The notes under the pieces are model-generated. The model did no database searches and had not been told where the DNA came from. It was given only the letters and a program-made list of their open reading frames with translations. DNA of 32,000 nucleotides, from the NCBI RefSeq assembly GCF_008389435.1, contig NZ_VUYS01000007.1:54391-86390 (forward strand), written 5' to 3'. Position numbers and translations under genes: made by a program. Source of the DNA: Candidatus Nitrosocosmicus agrestis. GTDB taxonomy: Archaea > Thermoproteota > Nitrososphaeria > Nitrososphaerales > Nitrososphaeraceae. Below, piece by piece: positions 1 to 9,333 of the stretch; within the stretch, counting starts at the first letter, position 1; every line of letters begins with the position of its first letter.

Positions 1-990
1 ACAAAAATAGAAGTAGACAAGGTTTCTATAATTCCTACAAATGGTAAGGAAAATTCTCAGTTTATATTGTTTGATCACATATTAACACACAGAGGCAACA
101 AAACAGGGTATACTATTGTTACTAATTCTAATACTCAAGCTACCGACGTTACACAGCCCATAACTTCACCTATTCATTTGGAAATAGCCTTTACAGAGGC
201 TATTAGCCTTTTAAACTTGCTTGGATGTACCAAAGACATCAAACTTTATCCTGTGTATGACGCTCCTAACGAGCAAATGTTAGATGAAATAAGAAAAAAC
301 ATTGAAAGCTTTACAATAAAATATAATTACACTTTTGAAGACTATAGTTCTTTGAAATTTGGTGGTATGTTTTTTGGTTCTACTGCTGTAGGCAATACAC
401 ACAAAGAGATACCAAATAAGTACGGTTTGATTGAACCAGGGATGCAAATCTTGGTAACTGAGAAAATGGGGATATTGACCTTTTTGGGATTATATATAAT
501 TAGCAACCTTGACGATTCAATCAGGGAAAAAATAAAAAACCTTGGAATTGATTCTAACAAGATAATCGAATTAAAAGATCAGGCTATAAAGAATTTGACA
601 GAACCAAAGCTATCACTAGGTAAAAGTATATCTAAATTTTTACCAGACTTTGAGAAAGAATTTGATCCCCAATCTCATATTTTGGTAACACATCCTATTT
701 CAAAGAAAGGAATTTCATCTTTCTATGAACTTGCGAAACTAATAGACAAAGAAGTATTTATCGATCAAATCCCTTATGCTGATAACTCTATTGCAAAGTT
801 TTTATCTAGGGAACATTTGATTTCAAATACAGGTGCCTCTACCCCTGAAACTAACATGTTGATCGTATCTGAAAATTTAGTCCCCACTTTGATTGAAGAA
901 TTGTCCAAACACAAGTTCAATCCCTTGGTCATAGGTAAAATTGGAAATGCAGGTAATGCTAAGGTTAGTATTAGGAATGGCAACAGATAA
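1..990 (+). CDS. PurM/SelD-like (AIR-synthase-related fold) protein, 5' end outside window; assignment tentative
   Basis: Frame 1 is open from base 1, with no stop before the TTG at 67, so the gene begins upstream of the window. The stop is TAA at 988-990. The segment GMQILVTEKMGILTF resembles the G-x-x-L-x-L-T-K-x-L-G segment of SelD/PurM-superfamily proteins. I recognise no other diagnostic motif. Confidence 0.35.
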   Translation, partial: TKIEVDKVSIIPTNGKENSQFILFDHILTHRGNKTGYTIVTNSNTQATDVTQPITSPIHLEIAFTEAISLLNLLGCTKDIKLYPVYDAPNEQMLDEIRKNIESFTIKYNYTFEDYSSLKFGGMFFGSTAVGNTHKEIPNKYGLIEPGMQILVTEKMGILTFLGLYIISNLDDSIREKIKNLGIDSNKIIELKDQAIKNLTEPKLSLGKSISKFLPDFEKEFDPQSHILVTHPISKKGISSFYELAKLIDKEVFIDQIPYADNSIAKFLSREHLISNTGASTPETNMLIVSENLVPTLIEELSKHKFNPLVIGKIGNAGNAKVSIRNGNR

Positions 991-1543
991 AGTAAGTTCT
1001 ACCTTAAAGATACTTAGATAATTATAATATCATTATTTTTTTCCTATCCAACATTGTTCATAACCATCATTTTAAGGTTTTTTATCAGAATAATTACAAT
1101 CAAGGACAAAAATTTTATTCTCAAAAGATACATTTCAAATGCATTATAACTATTCTTTAATCCTGCCAGTATAGTTTATAGGAACACTAAACTAAAAGTG
1201 CTTCCTATTCCGTTATCATTATTTGTTGCCCAAATCTCGCCATTGAGCTTCAATAATCCTTTTTTACTAATTTTATATTTTTAAGCTAGTTAGTATGTTT
1301 CTTCCATCTTTTGAATTTGGCTAAAGGAAGTTATTGAGACATGAATAAAGTTTGATTTAGAGATTATGTAACTAATACCTACTAACAAGTAACAATACAA
1401 AGTATGAAAATGTAGTAAAAGAAATTAAAAAATATATCGGTGTGAATCAACAATGCATATACTGTATACTCATTTGATTTTGACACCTTCTTAGTTGTAT
1501 ATTCGCTTATTCCATCAAACCATTACTCTAAGTTTGAGTTTTT

Positions 1544-2113
1544 TCAATTGGTATTTTTGTAATCAGGCGTTGCTATTTCGTTGATTTTTATTATCAATGA
1601 GGCGGAGTCAGGAAAACTAATATCATCCGGCGAGTTATTGAATATTGCAATATCCGTTATACGGTTAGTCCCATTTGTTACCATACTTCCCTCATACAAA
1701 CACAATTCTCCTGCTTCAGAGAGTTCAGAAATTAAATCTAACCCCGTAATAGGAATCTCACGATCCGGTCCAAACAAAAATACAATGGAGGTAGAATATT
1801 CCTCATTACATGGAATTTTTGCCAAGATATGAGCATTTGATATTTTGTAAGGTGTTGAATCATACAAGTATAGATAACTGTCTGAAGGCAAGGTCTTACC
1901 TGCCAAGAGGATTGTTTCAGAATCATTTACGGTAAATTTACCTTTATCGTTACCTTCAGTAGTATTTTTATTGCTTGATAGTACTTGCTGAGCATTTAAA
2001 TCTTCTTCATTTTGTGAATAAGAATTCTGAAAATGATTAATTGACGTAACGATTAATGCAAAAATTGCAAAAGTTGAAAGCGTCATTGTAAACGAGTTGT
2101 ATGGCAATTTCAT
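1544..2113 (-). CDS. hypothetical secreted or membrane-anchored protein
   Basis: The stop-free frame is long for AT-rich DNA. An N-terminal hydrophobic stretch (LSTFAIFALIVTSI) is followed by a polar Ser/Asn/Asp-rich body. The ATG at 2113 is preferred over the TTG at 2134 that opens the maximal ORF. I recognise no family. Confidence 0.5.
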   Translation of the reverse strand: MKLPYNSFTMTLSTFAIFALIVTSINHFQNSYSQNEEDLNAQQVLSSNKNTTEGNDKGKFTVNDSETILLAGKTLPSDSYLYLYDSTPYKISNAHILAKIPCNEEYSTSIVFLFGPDREIPITGLDLISELSEAGELCLYEGSMVTNGTNRITDIAIFNNSPDDISFPDSASLIIKINEIATPDYKNTN

Positions 2114-2748
2114 TAGAAAGAAGATTAAATGCAATACATAAAAACATATCTTGTTTCTCTTTGTCGTTGAATTTATTTATGATATAAAAATAGCAGGTGA
2201 AATTAAATAATCATCACAACACCCTAACAGAAGTAAGAAAATTTAGAAAACTTCTTTATGCCAATTATGGTATATTTCTTAATTATCTATCTGTAAAATT
2301 TTTATTGAGGATATATACAAGGAGCACATTTTCTATATTACTTTACTAATATTTTGATTTATTGTGATAAATTTTGGAAAACAAAAATATATATCAATCA
2401 GTAATATTTGTGATTGATAATCAATTTTCCTTTATTTCATGTTAATAGTAATATAAAATAATAGTTGTATACTAAATATTTAGTTGAAATCAAAGGATCT
2501 GACGCAAAATATTACTCAACATGATTTTAGATACTTTATAGTATCATTACGATTTTTTGTGGTCTACATCATAAAATCGATAACATACAGAAATACACAA
2601 CATATTTTTAAAAGTATGTATTAAACTACTAGCGCACAAACTAGAAAATATTTTGTTTAGCGGATTAATATCTCTAATTCATACAACATTCTAATACAAT
2701 AGATCAGAGTAAAATGACACTATACAAAGAAACTTAAAGATTAACAGT

Positions 2749-3234
2749 CTATTCCCATGTAGTTCCAGACAACTTTGAGAACTTCAAATAGGCCTTAGTT
2801 TTGTCCAATTCATCAGTTCTTGCGTTAGTTAAATTTGCTTCTACGAATATTGTCTTGCCTAACGTACTTCCACGCAAATCAGCTTTATTTAGGTCAGACC
2901 ACATAAAATTGGTGTCGATAAGTGTACTATTTGTTAAAACAGAATCTGATAATGACGTATACATTATTAAAGCATTAGTAAGGTCAGATTCATCAAGATT
3001 CGCTCTTGTCAAGCTTGCCTGGACCAGATTTGTGTTAACTAGCACAGATCTTGATAAATTAGTGTCAACTAGAGATACACCATTTAGATATGCGTTTGAA
3101 AGATTTTTGTTTGAAAGATCCAAGTTATCAAAATCTAGTTTCACCGTAAGATTTTTCATCCTCCATTTATTGAATTCGTCGATTAGTTCATCTTGAAGAA
3201 GCTTTAATCCCTCACTAGATGTCGAATCAGCCAT
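2749..3234 (-). CDS. pentapeptide-repeat protein
   Basis: There are consecutive A(D/N)LxX-type pentads (NLSNAYLNGVSLVDTNLSRSVLVNTNLVQASLTRANLDESDLTNA... ADLRGSTLGKTIFVEANLTNA). The ATG at 3234 (MADSTS) is preferred. The maximal ORF opens at TTG 3297. Confidence 0.8.
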   Translation of the reverse strand: MADSTSSEGLKLLQDELIDEFNKWRMKNLTVKLDFDNLDLSNKNLSNAYLNGVSLVDTNLSRSVLVNTNLVQASLTRANLDESDLTNALIMYTSLSDSVLTNSTLIDTNFMWSDLNKADLRGSTLGKTIFVEANLTNARTDELDKTKAYLKFSKLSGTTWE

Positions 3235-3361
3235 GCAAATTTGTTTCTGTTTTGTTAATATTAATTTGTCGGATCTATTTCTTGGAAAAGATACCAAAAA
3301 GATTCTTAGACGACAATAACATCAAAATGATGGAAAAATAAATACAACATAAAAAATTAAA

Positions 3362-3838
3362 CTATCCGCCGGTCAAAGTTGTAAATTTGTTTGTTCTTTT
3401 AACGTGTGCGATATAGTCTAAGTTTGCCAATGCAATCATGGCAGACTCCCTTACCTCTTCGCTTTCATCATTTAACGCCTGCTCGAGTGTATTTCTAGCC
3501 TCTTCAGAGCCAATTACACCTAATGCGACTGCAGCTTCATGTCTCACAAAAAAACTTTGATCGTTTAATACCGCTTTTGACAAAGCATCGATTCCACTGG
3601 TATAGCCTAATTGACCTAATGAAAAAGCAGCTTCATGTCTCACTAACTGATCAGTATCATTTAATAAAACCTGTCCGATTGGATCTATTGCTTTTTCTCC
3701 TGAGATATCTGCAAGTATGCAAACAGCCCGGGTCCTAATTACGTAATCTTTATGATTAATTAGATTCTTAAAATACTCCTCATCTTTATTGTCAAAATGT
3801 CGCTCCATTTCGGTTAACAAATCTAATCTATTGTCCAA
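3362..3838 (-). CDS. HEAT-repeat (PBS-lyase type) protein
   Basis: The repeats are of the form D..VRHEAAFSLGQLG, FFVRHEAAVALGVIG and EEVRESAMIALANL. The maximal ORF opens at TTG 3838. An alternative ATG at 3808 gives MERHF. Confidence 0.75.
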   Translation of the reverse strand: MDNRLDLLTEMERHFDNKDEEYFKNLINHKDYVIRTRAVCILADISGEKAIDPIGQVLLNDTDQLVRHEAAFSLGQLGYTSGIDALSKAVLNDQSFFVRHEAAVALGVIGSEEARNTLEQALNDESEEVRESAMIALANLDYIAHVKRTNKFTTLTGG

Positions 3839-3931
3839 GGAGATTAGTGAAATTTTCTTGGATTAATAACGGTTTGTAAATTTCTCTTTATAGACAATTA
3901 GATGTTAGTTGCCATTATTTAACTTTTTAAA

Positions 3932-4010
3932 TAAGAGGAATAGAAGCAAAAGGAAGGAAGGGAGGAAGATGGATAGAGATAGAGATAGAGATAGAGATAG
4001 AGAGAATAGG
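3932..4010. repeat. polypurine tract ending in a (GATAGA)5 microsatellite (3972-4001)
   Basis: Read directly: ataagaggaatagaagcaaaaggaaggaagggaggaagatg followed by five perfect gataga units. It lies in the divergent spacer between the HEAT-repeat gene and the 4160 gene. Confidence 0.9.
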
Positions 4011-4159
4011 CAGATTAATTAATAAATCTCAAATTCCTTTTATAAGCAATTCTTTATCCATAAAATCTACTTATTATTCATCAATTTGAAAATGAAAAAC
4101 TTTAGCATTTTGAATATAGTCTACATATATAAAATACGTGAAATTATTCAATACATGTA

Positions 4160-4618
4160 ATGCGTGTAAGGTATTGGAGACTTAACTTGAATGAATTAAG
4201 AAATGGTGCATATCCCGCTGAAAACGCAAATCATTGGGAGATAAAGTGTTTACAAGGAGAACACCGGCATTTTGGTGTTTTTTGGTACAGGTATGGTACA
4301 CCTTACGATAAAGAACCCGTAAACGGTATTTGTTTTTATTTTAATGATTTACCATATGAACAAGTCCAAGATATTGCCAACTTCTTAAACTCAAAATACG
4401 GCGGAAAAATATTATTCAGACAAACAAGAGGATTCCTACAAGGTTCAAAAGAATTCGCAGACAAAGATTCGATAGCAAAACTTGCTGAGGAGCTAAGTAC
4501 AAAATACAATGCTCCAATTGAAATAACCATTGAATTTGAAAAAATAGACAAAGAGAATCAAGAAAAAATGATAACTTTCCCTCCAGGTAAAGCATTACCG
4601 ATAGTTGGACCTGACTAA
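4160..4618 (+). CDS. hypothetical protein
   Basis: The ORF has an ATG start and 152 codons, and its amino-acid composition is not low-complexity. I recognise no family. Confidence 0.5.
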   Translation: MRVRYWRLNLNELRNGAYPAENANHWEIKCLQGEHRHFGVFWYRYGTPYDKEPVNGICFYFNDLPYEQVQDIANFLNSKYGGKILFRQTRGFLQGSKEFADKDSIAKLAEELSTKYNAPIEITIEFEKIDKENQEKMITFPPGKALPIVGPD

Positions 4619-4756
4619 CTATAATCATTTATAATTTTTTTCTTACATATTAAAAACGAAAACCATCAAATCCATATCGGAACAATCCGTATACGCCTTG
4701 TCCAACAAGATACCTATATATTGTTTGAATTTCACCGTTTAATTGGCTCTACTATT

Positions 4757-5686
4757 ATGAGTAAAGAAAAATCACTTGTAGAAAAAAAATTAAGGGGTTC
4801 TGGAGGTTACGCGATAGCAGAGGTAAGTGACGATGAACAAAAGATGGCAAATTTGGGCGGTCCCGAGCTCTTTTTGGCAGGAATAGGCAAATTAAGCAAT
4901 GACAGGTTCAAGAAATATTATTGCAACAAGTGTGAAAAAGAATATCAAGGAGCTCCAAATGTAGAATTTGAAAACCCTAATGAAGATTTGGGTGAAAATA
5001 TAATTTTAATAGAAAAGGGAGAATACAAATGCAAAACATGCAATTACGTTATAGCACAGTATAGAAAATTCAACGAATCTAAAAACGTAGAAGAAGTGAA
5101 GCAGCAAGAGAGCGATAATAGCAAAAAAGTTTTTGCAAAAGATCAGACCAGACAAGTAGAGGAGACAAATTCAAATTTAAGGATCAGAGAGACAGAAGAA
5201 GAGGAAGAAGATAATAGCAAAAAAGAACAAGAAAATATCAATGATATAAATTCATCGAAAGAATTTAAATTTGAAAGTAGTACGAATTTGAGTTTGAATG
5301 CAGATTCTAGTTATGTTCAAATTGAGAAAATTGTAGGTATGCTTACGTACGATCAGAATGCGCATCTACTCGGCAAAGTAAATGAAATAGGCCTGAGAAT
5401 GAAATCAGATGGTAAAGTTGAATTTTGTTTTAAGGTAAAAGACTCGGCTGATTCGATTTCAGAGATAGCTTGGAATAACATTTCGAAAATAGGGGACATA
5501 ATCATATTATCAAACAAGAATGCTTCCAGTAATGAGAAGAACGATTTTACTTCAAGTGATGTTAATAGCATTAGCAATGATCAAGCCGATCACTCAAAAT
5601 CAGAAAGTAAAGTTTGTCCAAACTGTAACTTTAAAAATGAATTAGGATCAATATTTTGCGAAGAATGTGGTAAAAAATTGGAATAA
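4757..5686 (+). CDS. double zinc-ribbon protein with acidic disordered linker
   Basis: The N-terminal region has CNKC...(27 aa)...CKTC. The C-terminus has CPNCNFKNELGSIFCEECGKK, a zinc-ribbon pattern. The middle is Glu/Asn/Ser-rich. The ATG at 4757 (MSKEKS) is preferred over the TTG at 4721. Confidence 0.6.
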   Translation: MSKEKSLVEKKLRGSGGYAIAEVSDDEQKMANLGGPELFLAGIGKLSNDRFKKYYCNKCEKEYQGAPNVEFENPNEDLGENIILIEKGEYKCKTCNYVIAQYRKFNESKNVEEVKQQESDNSKKVFAKDQTRQVEETNSNLRIRETEEEEEDNSKKEQENINDINSSKEFKFESSTNLSLNADSSYVQIEKIVGMLTYDQNAHLLGKVNEIGLRMKSDGKVEFCFKVKDSADSISEIAWNNISKIGDIIILSNKNASSNEKNDFTSSDVNSISNDQADHSKSESKVCPNCNFKNELGSIFCEECGKKLE

Positions 5687-5704
5687 TTTATACTATTATT
5701 GTTG

Positions 5705-7822
5705 TTATTTCTTCTTTAATCCAATTCTTACATCCACAACTCTTGAGCCGCGCCCCTCTTCAAGTACCAATAGTGGGTTTATATCGAATTCTTCAATTTC
5801 CGGAAAATCAACAATCAATTGCGATAACCTAAGCAAACAATCAACAATTGAAGGTATATCAGCTGGTTTTTCACCCCTAGCACCCTTTAGTAACGAAATT
5901 GTTTTGATCGACTCCACCATTTCTTGAGATTCAGATCGTGAAATAGGAGCAAGTCGGAAATTAACATCTTTTAGAATCTCAACATATATTCCACCTAATC
6001 CGAACATCAAAAGCGGTCCAAAAAGTTTGTCTTGCTTTGCTCCAAGGATCAGCTCTTTGGAATTAGTTACCATCTCTTGAACTAACACGCCCTCAATTTT
6101 TGCATTTGGGTTATAGTTCTTTACATTTGATAGAATCGAATTGTATGCATTTTTTACATCTTCAGCGTTTTTCAGACCAACCTTTACACCTCCAGATTCT
6201 GACTTGTGTATAATATCTTTAGAAGTAATTTTCATGACTACTGGAAAACCTATTTCCGTAGCGGCTTTAACTGCATCATCCTCATTATTTACCAGCTTGC
6301 TTTTAGGTACAGGAAATCCATAAGCTTGTAGTACTGAATAACCTTCATCCTCTAGGAGATTAGTTCTTCCCTCATCATAAACAGTGGACAAAACATTTCT
6401 AACCTTTTCTTTGTCAGCGGTAAAAGTTGGTAATGGTTCTTCTTTATTGGTTAACCACTTGCCAAATTTGTACATTGAATCCAAAGTTCTTATCGCCGGC
6501 TCAGCATACATAAAATGTGGTACTCCGCCCTCAGATAACATACTCTTATTATCAACACCTTCGGCTAACCCCATTAAGGCTGCTAACATTGTTTTTCCAC
6601 TATCCTTTGAAGTACGGATTATTGTTCTTGCCAAATCGTTATAGTCCAAGGTTGCAGAAGGTGTACACATAGTTACCACAGATCCGACATTAGGATTCGA
6701 TAAGACCTCTTTCAGCACTTTCTCAAACCGGTTATAGTCAGCATCACCAACAATATCAACAGGATTTCGAGATGAGCCATGCGGTGGAATAACTTTTGAT
6801 ATATTTTCTCGAGATTGCGAAATATCAGCCATTTTTATTCCATATTTTGAACATGAATCTGTGGAAATAATAGCAGGGCCACCCGCATTAGAAACTATCA
6901 CTGCTCCCTTATTATCAAGTGGCAGTGGCTGTTTAGAGAAGGCGGTAGCCAATTCAAATAACTCTTGCATTGTATCAACCCGAATCACACCGGCTTGCTT
7001 AAAGACCGCATCATAGACTTCATCAGCACCCATCAATGCACCAGTATGAGACATCGCAGCCTTGGCACCTTCTGGCGTCCTTCCGGATTTTAATACGATT
7101 ATTGGTTTTCGCTTTTCAAGTGTAATTCTCTTTGAAGTAATCATAAATTTGCGTCCATCATGTATATCCTCTAAATACATCACTATTACCTTCGTGTACG
7201 GATCATCTTCTAATAGTTCGAGAATATCGGTTTCATTCATATCGACCTTGTTACCCATACTGATTACCTTTGAAAATCCAATTCCTTGGGCAATAGCGTC
7301 TTCGACCGTCGCAGCGCAAATTGCTCCACTCTGTGAAACTAATGCTATTTCACCGTGTTTAGGAGTTATTTTCAGAAAGGTTAAATTCATCAAGTTTTGA
7401 TCGGTCAAACTCATAATACCAAGACAGTTTGGTCCAATGATCCTTGTTCCATATTTTTTACCAATATCTTGAATTTGTTGTTCTAATTTTGCCCCATTCT
7501 CATCAACTTCCTTAAATCCTGCAGAAACAATAATGCATGATTTAATATTCTTTTTTCCAATTTCCTCCATTACAGCAGGAACGGTTCTATTGGGTGTGGC
7601 TACCACAGCAAGATCAATGTTATCTTCAACATCAAGTACACTTTTGTATGCTTTAAGGTCAAAAACTGTTGGATTTGTTGGAGTGATTGGATATATTTTG
7701 CCCTTGTAACCGTTTAAAATATTTGAGAAAATGGCTTTCCCAACTCCAGGTCTTTCTGAAGCTCCTATGACAGCAATAGAAGAAGGTGAAAGAAATATGT
7801 TTTTTAAATTTTCATCGCTCAA
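5705..7822 (-). CDS. ADP-forming (NDP-forming) acyl-CoA synthetase, fused alpha+beta domains
   Basis: The N-terminus has the CoA-binding motif SIAVIGASERPGVGK and the catalytic-His region AAMSHTGALMG, and the C-terminal half is ATP-grasp. The length is 705 aa. The start is forced to TTG at 7822: the upstream frame hits a stop at 7856-7858 with no ATG or GTG in between. Confidence 0.9.
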   Translation of the reverse strand: MSDENLKNIFLSPSSIAVIGASERPGVGKAIFSNILNGYKGKIYPITPTNPTVFDLKAYKSVLDVEDNIDLAVVATPNRTVPAVMEEIGKKNIKSCIIVSAGFKEVDENGAKLEQQIQDIGKKYGTRIIGPNCLGIMSLTDQNLMNLTFLKITPKHGEIALVSQSGAICAATVEDAIAQGIGFSKVISMGNKVDMNETDILELLEDDPYTKVIVMYLEDIHDGRKFMITSKRITLEKRKPIIVLKSGRTPEGAKAAMSHTGALMGADEVYDAVFKQAGVIRVDTMQELFELATAFSKQPLPLDNKGAVIVSNAGGPAIISTDSCSKYGIKMADISQSRENISKVIPPHGSSRNPVDIVGDADYNRFEKVLKEVLSNPNVGSVVTMCTPSATLDYNDLARTIIRTSKDSGKTMLAALMGLAEGVDNKSMLSEGGVPHFMYAEPAIRTLDSMYKFGKWLTNKEEPLPTFTADKEKVRNVLSTVYDEGRTNLLEDEGYSVLQAYGFPVPKSKLVNNEDDAVKAATEIGFPVVMKITSKDIIHKSESGGVKVGLKNAEDVKNAYNSILSNVKNYNPNAKIEGVLVQEMVTNSKELILGAKQDKLFGPLLMFGLGGIYVEILKDVNFRLAPISRSESQEMVESIKTISLLKGARGEKPADIPSIVDCLLRLSQLIVDFPEIEEFDINPLLVLEEGRGSRVVDVRIGLKKK

Positions 7823-7903
7823 TAAAAAATTTAATAGAGTATGGATATAAATATATTAAAAAATTTAGTTTTTATACTAAAGAAATATTTATCAACATAC
7901 CTG
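7823..7903. promoter_or_regulatory. divergent promoter spacer with TATA-like boxes for both flanking genes
   Basis: On the minus strand, ATTTATAT (plus-strand 7845-7852) is centred about 26 nt upstream of TTG 7822. On the plus strand, TTTTTATAC (7869-7877) lies about 27-35 nt upstream of ATG 7904. This spacing fits archaeal TATA boxes driving short-leader or leaderless mRNAs. Confidence 0.35.
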
Positions 7904-9283
7904 ATGTCCTCAGAAAATTTGACCATGGATATAGACACTCCTGGGTTAATAAAAGATTTACAGAAATTAATAAAAATACCAAGTGTTTCTGCAAGAAAGC
8001 AAAATTTGGAAGAATGTGCAAAAGAGATTGTTCAAATGATGAAAGAAATAGGAATAAACTCAGAACTGATCTATTTGGACAATGACGACAAAAAAAAATC
8101 AATTCCACCATTAGTATATGGAGAGGTCAAATCTAAATCGAATCCCAACGGGAAAACAGTATTATTTTACAATCATTATGACGTCCAACCAGAAGAACCA
8201 ATTGATTTGTGGAAGTATGATCCGTTTGAAGGCAAGGTTGACGGTAATTTGATATATGGTAGAGGCGCTTCCGATGACAAAGGAGAGCTTATAACAAGAT
8301 TAAAGGCTGTCGAATATTTTATCAAGAATTATGGCGATGTGCCTTCTAATATCAAGTTTGTTGTAGAAGGAGAAGAAGAGATTGGAAGCAATAACATTTC
8401 AAAGTATCTCGAAGCATATAATTCAAAATTCAATACTGACCTTGTTATCTGGGAATTTGGTTATGTAGATCAGGAACAAAAGCCAATAATTAGTCTCGGA
8501 ATGAAAGGTCTGTTATATGTGGAACTGACTGCTCAAGGCGCTTCAAGGGATGTCCATTCGAGCTTGGCGGTCCTAATAGAAAATCCGGCATGGAGAATTG
8601 TTCAAGCTTTATCAACCCTGATGGATAGAAGGGGAAGAATACTGATAAAGGATTGGTACAAAGAGATTAAAGAGCTATCTGACGAAGAAAATGCAGTAGT
8701 TGAAAGTGAACCCTTTGATGAAAAGAGTTTCAAAAAGGAATACGGTATAAACAGGTTCATAAACGATCTTAAAGGAAAAAGCGTTAAGAAGGCATTAATC
8801 TGTGAACCAACTTGCAATATTTCTGGATTAAACTCAGGGTATTCTGGACAGGGTGCGAAAACAATAACTCCGTCAAAGGCGATGGTAAAAATTGATTTTA
8901 GATTGGTCCCAAATATGGATCCTCTTGTTCAATTTAAAAGACTAGAAAATCATTTAAAAGATAATGGGTTTGAAGACATTAAAGTAACAAAGATACACGG
9001 TGAAGCAGCAGGTAGAACAGAATTAAGTAATCAGTATGTTAAAGTGATCCAGAAATCCGCAAATGAAGTATTTGGAGATTCTATTATATCGATTTCATCC
9101 GCTGGCACCGGCCCTATGTACGACTTCATAGAAATACTCAAGGCGCCGTGTATTTCAATAGGAGGTACCTATGTTTTTTCAAAAATTCACTCACCAAATG
9201 AATTTGCTAGAATCGATCTACTTGAAAAAACTACTAAATGCATGATACGAATTATAGAAAATCTAGCAAAATCTGTACTATAA
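7904..9283 (+). CDS. M20-family metallopeptidase (ArgE/DapE/dipeptidase type)
   Basis: The motifs HYDVQP, GRGASDDKGE and EGEEEIGS are present. The ATG at 7904 is preferred. The upstream ATG at 7841 would leave only 18 bp for two divergent promoters. Confidence 0.85.
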   Translation: MSSENLTMDIDTPGLIKDLQKLIKIPSVSARKQNLEECAKEIVQMMKEIGINSELIYLDNDDKKKSIPPLVYGEVKSKSNPNGKTVLFYNHYDVQPEEPIDLWKYDPFEGKVDGNLIYGRGASDDKGELITRLKAVEYFIKNYGDVPSNIKFVVEGEEEIGSNNISKYLEAYNSKFNTDLVIWEFGYVDQEQKPIISLGMKGLLYVELTAQGASRDVHSSLAVLIENPAWRIVQALSTLMDRRGRILIKDWYKEIKELSDEENAVVESEPFDEKSFKKEYGINRFINDLKGKSVKKALICEPTCNISGLNSGYSGQGAKTITPSKAMVKIDFRLVPNMDPLVQFKRLENHLKDNGFEDIKVTKIHGEAAGRTELSNQYVKVIQKSANEVFGDSIISISSAGTGPMYDFIEILKAPCISIGGTYVFSKIHSPNEFARIDLLEKTTKCMIRIIENLAKSVL

Positions 9284-9333
9284 AATCTTTTTTTTCATTT
9301 TACTTATAAGTGTGATACTAGTTTTGATTTGTA

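Noticed and set aside
2211-2217. Other C-box-like strings. These are GTGATGA on the minus strand at 2211-2217, TGATGA at 28847-28852, ATGATGT at 27218, and ATGATGA on the minus strand at 20072-20078.
   Set aside because: None has a CTGA D box at the required 45-60 nt distance on the same strand. The 28847 case has CTGA only about 35 nt away, which is too short for two guides.
5667-7400. Antisense track ORFs within the acyl-CoA synthetase gene (5667-5927, 6141-6323, 6384-6644, 7062-7400). Similar antisense ORFs occur inside hmgA, hisG, hisD, rrp42, the DegT-family gene and others.
   Set aside because: Each lies opposite a gene with strong family motifs, and their products are low-complexity Ser/Ile/Phe-rich strings typical of antisense frames.
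7786-8111. ORFs 7786-8085 (+) and 7872-8111 (-), and the upstream ATG at 7841 for the M20 peptidase.
   Set aside because: Both ORFs overlap the divergent promoter and the 5' end of the peptidase gene in other frames. Starting the peptidase at 7841 would leave only 18 bp between the divergent genes, and the TATA-like box favours 7904.
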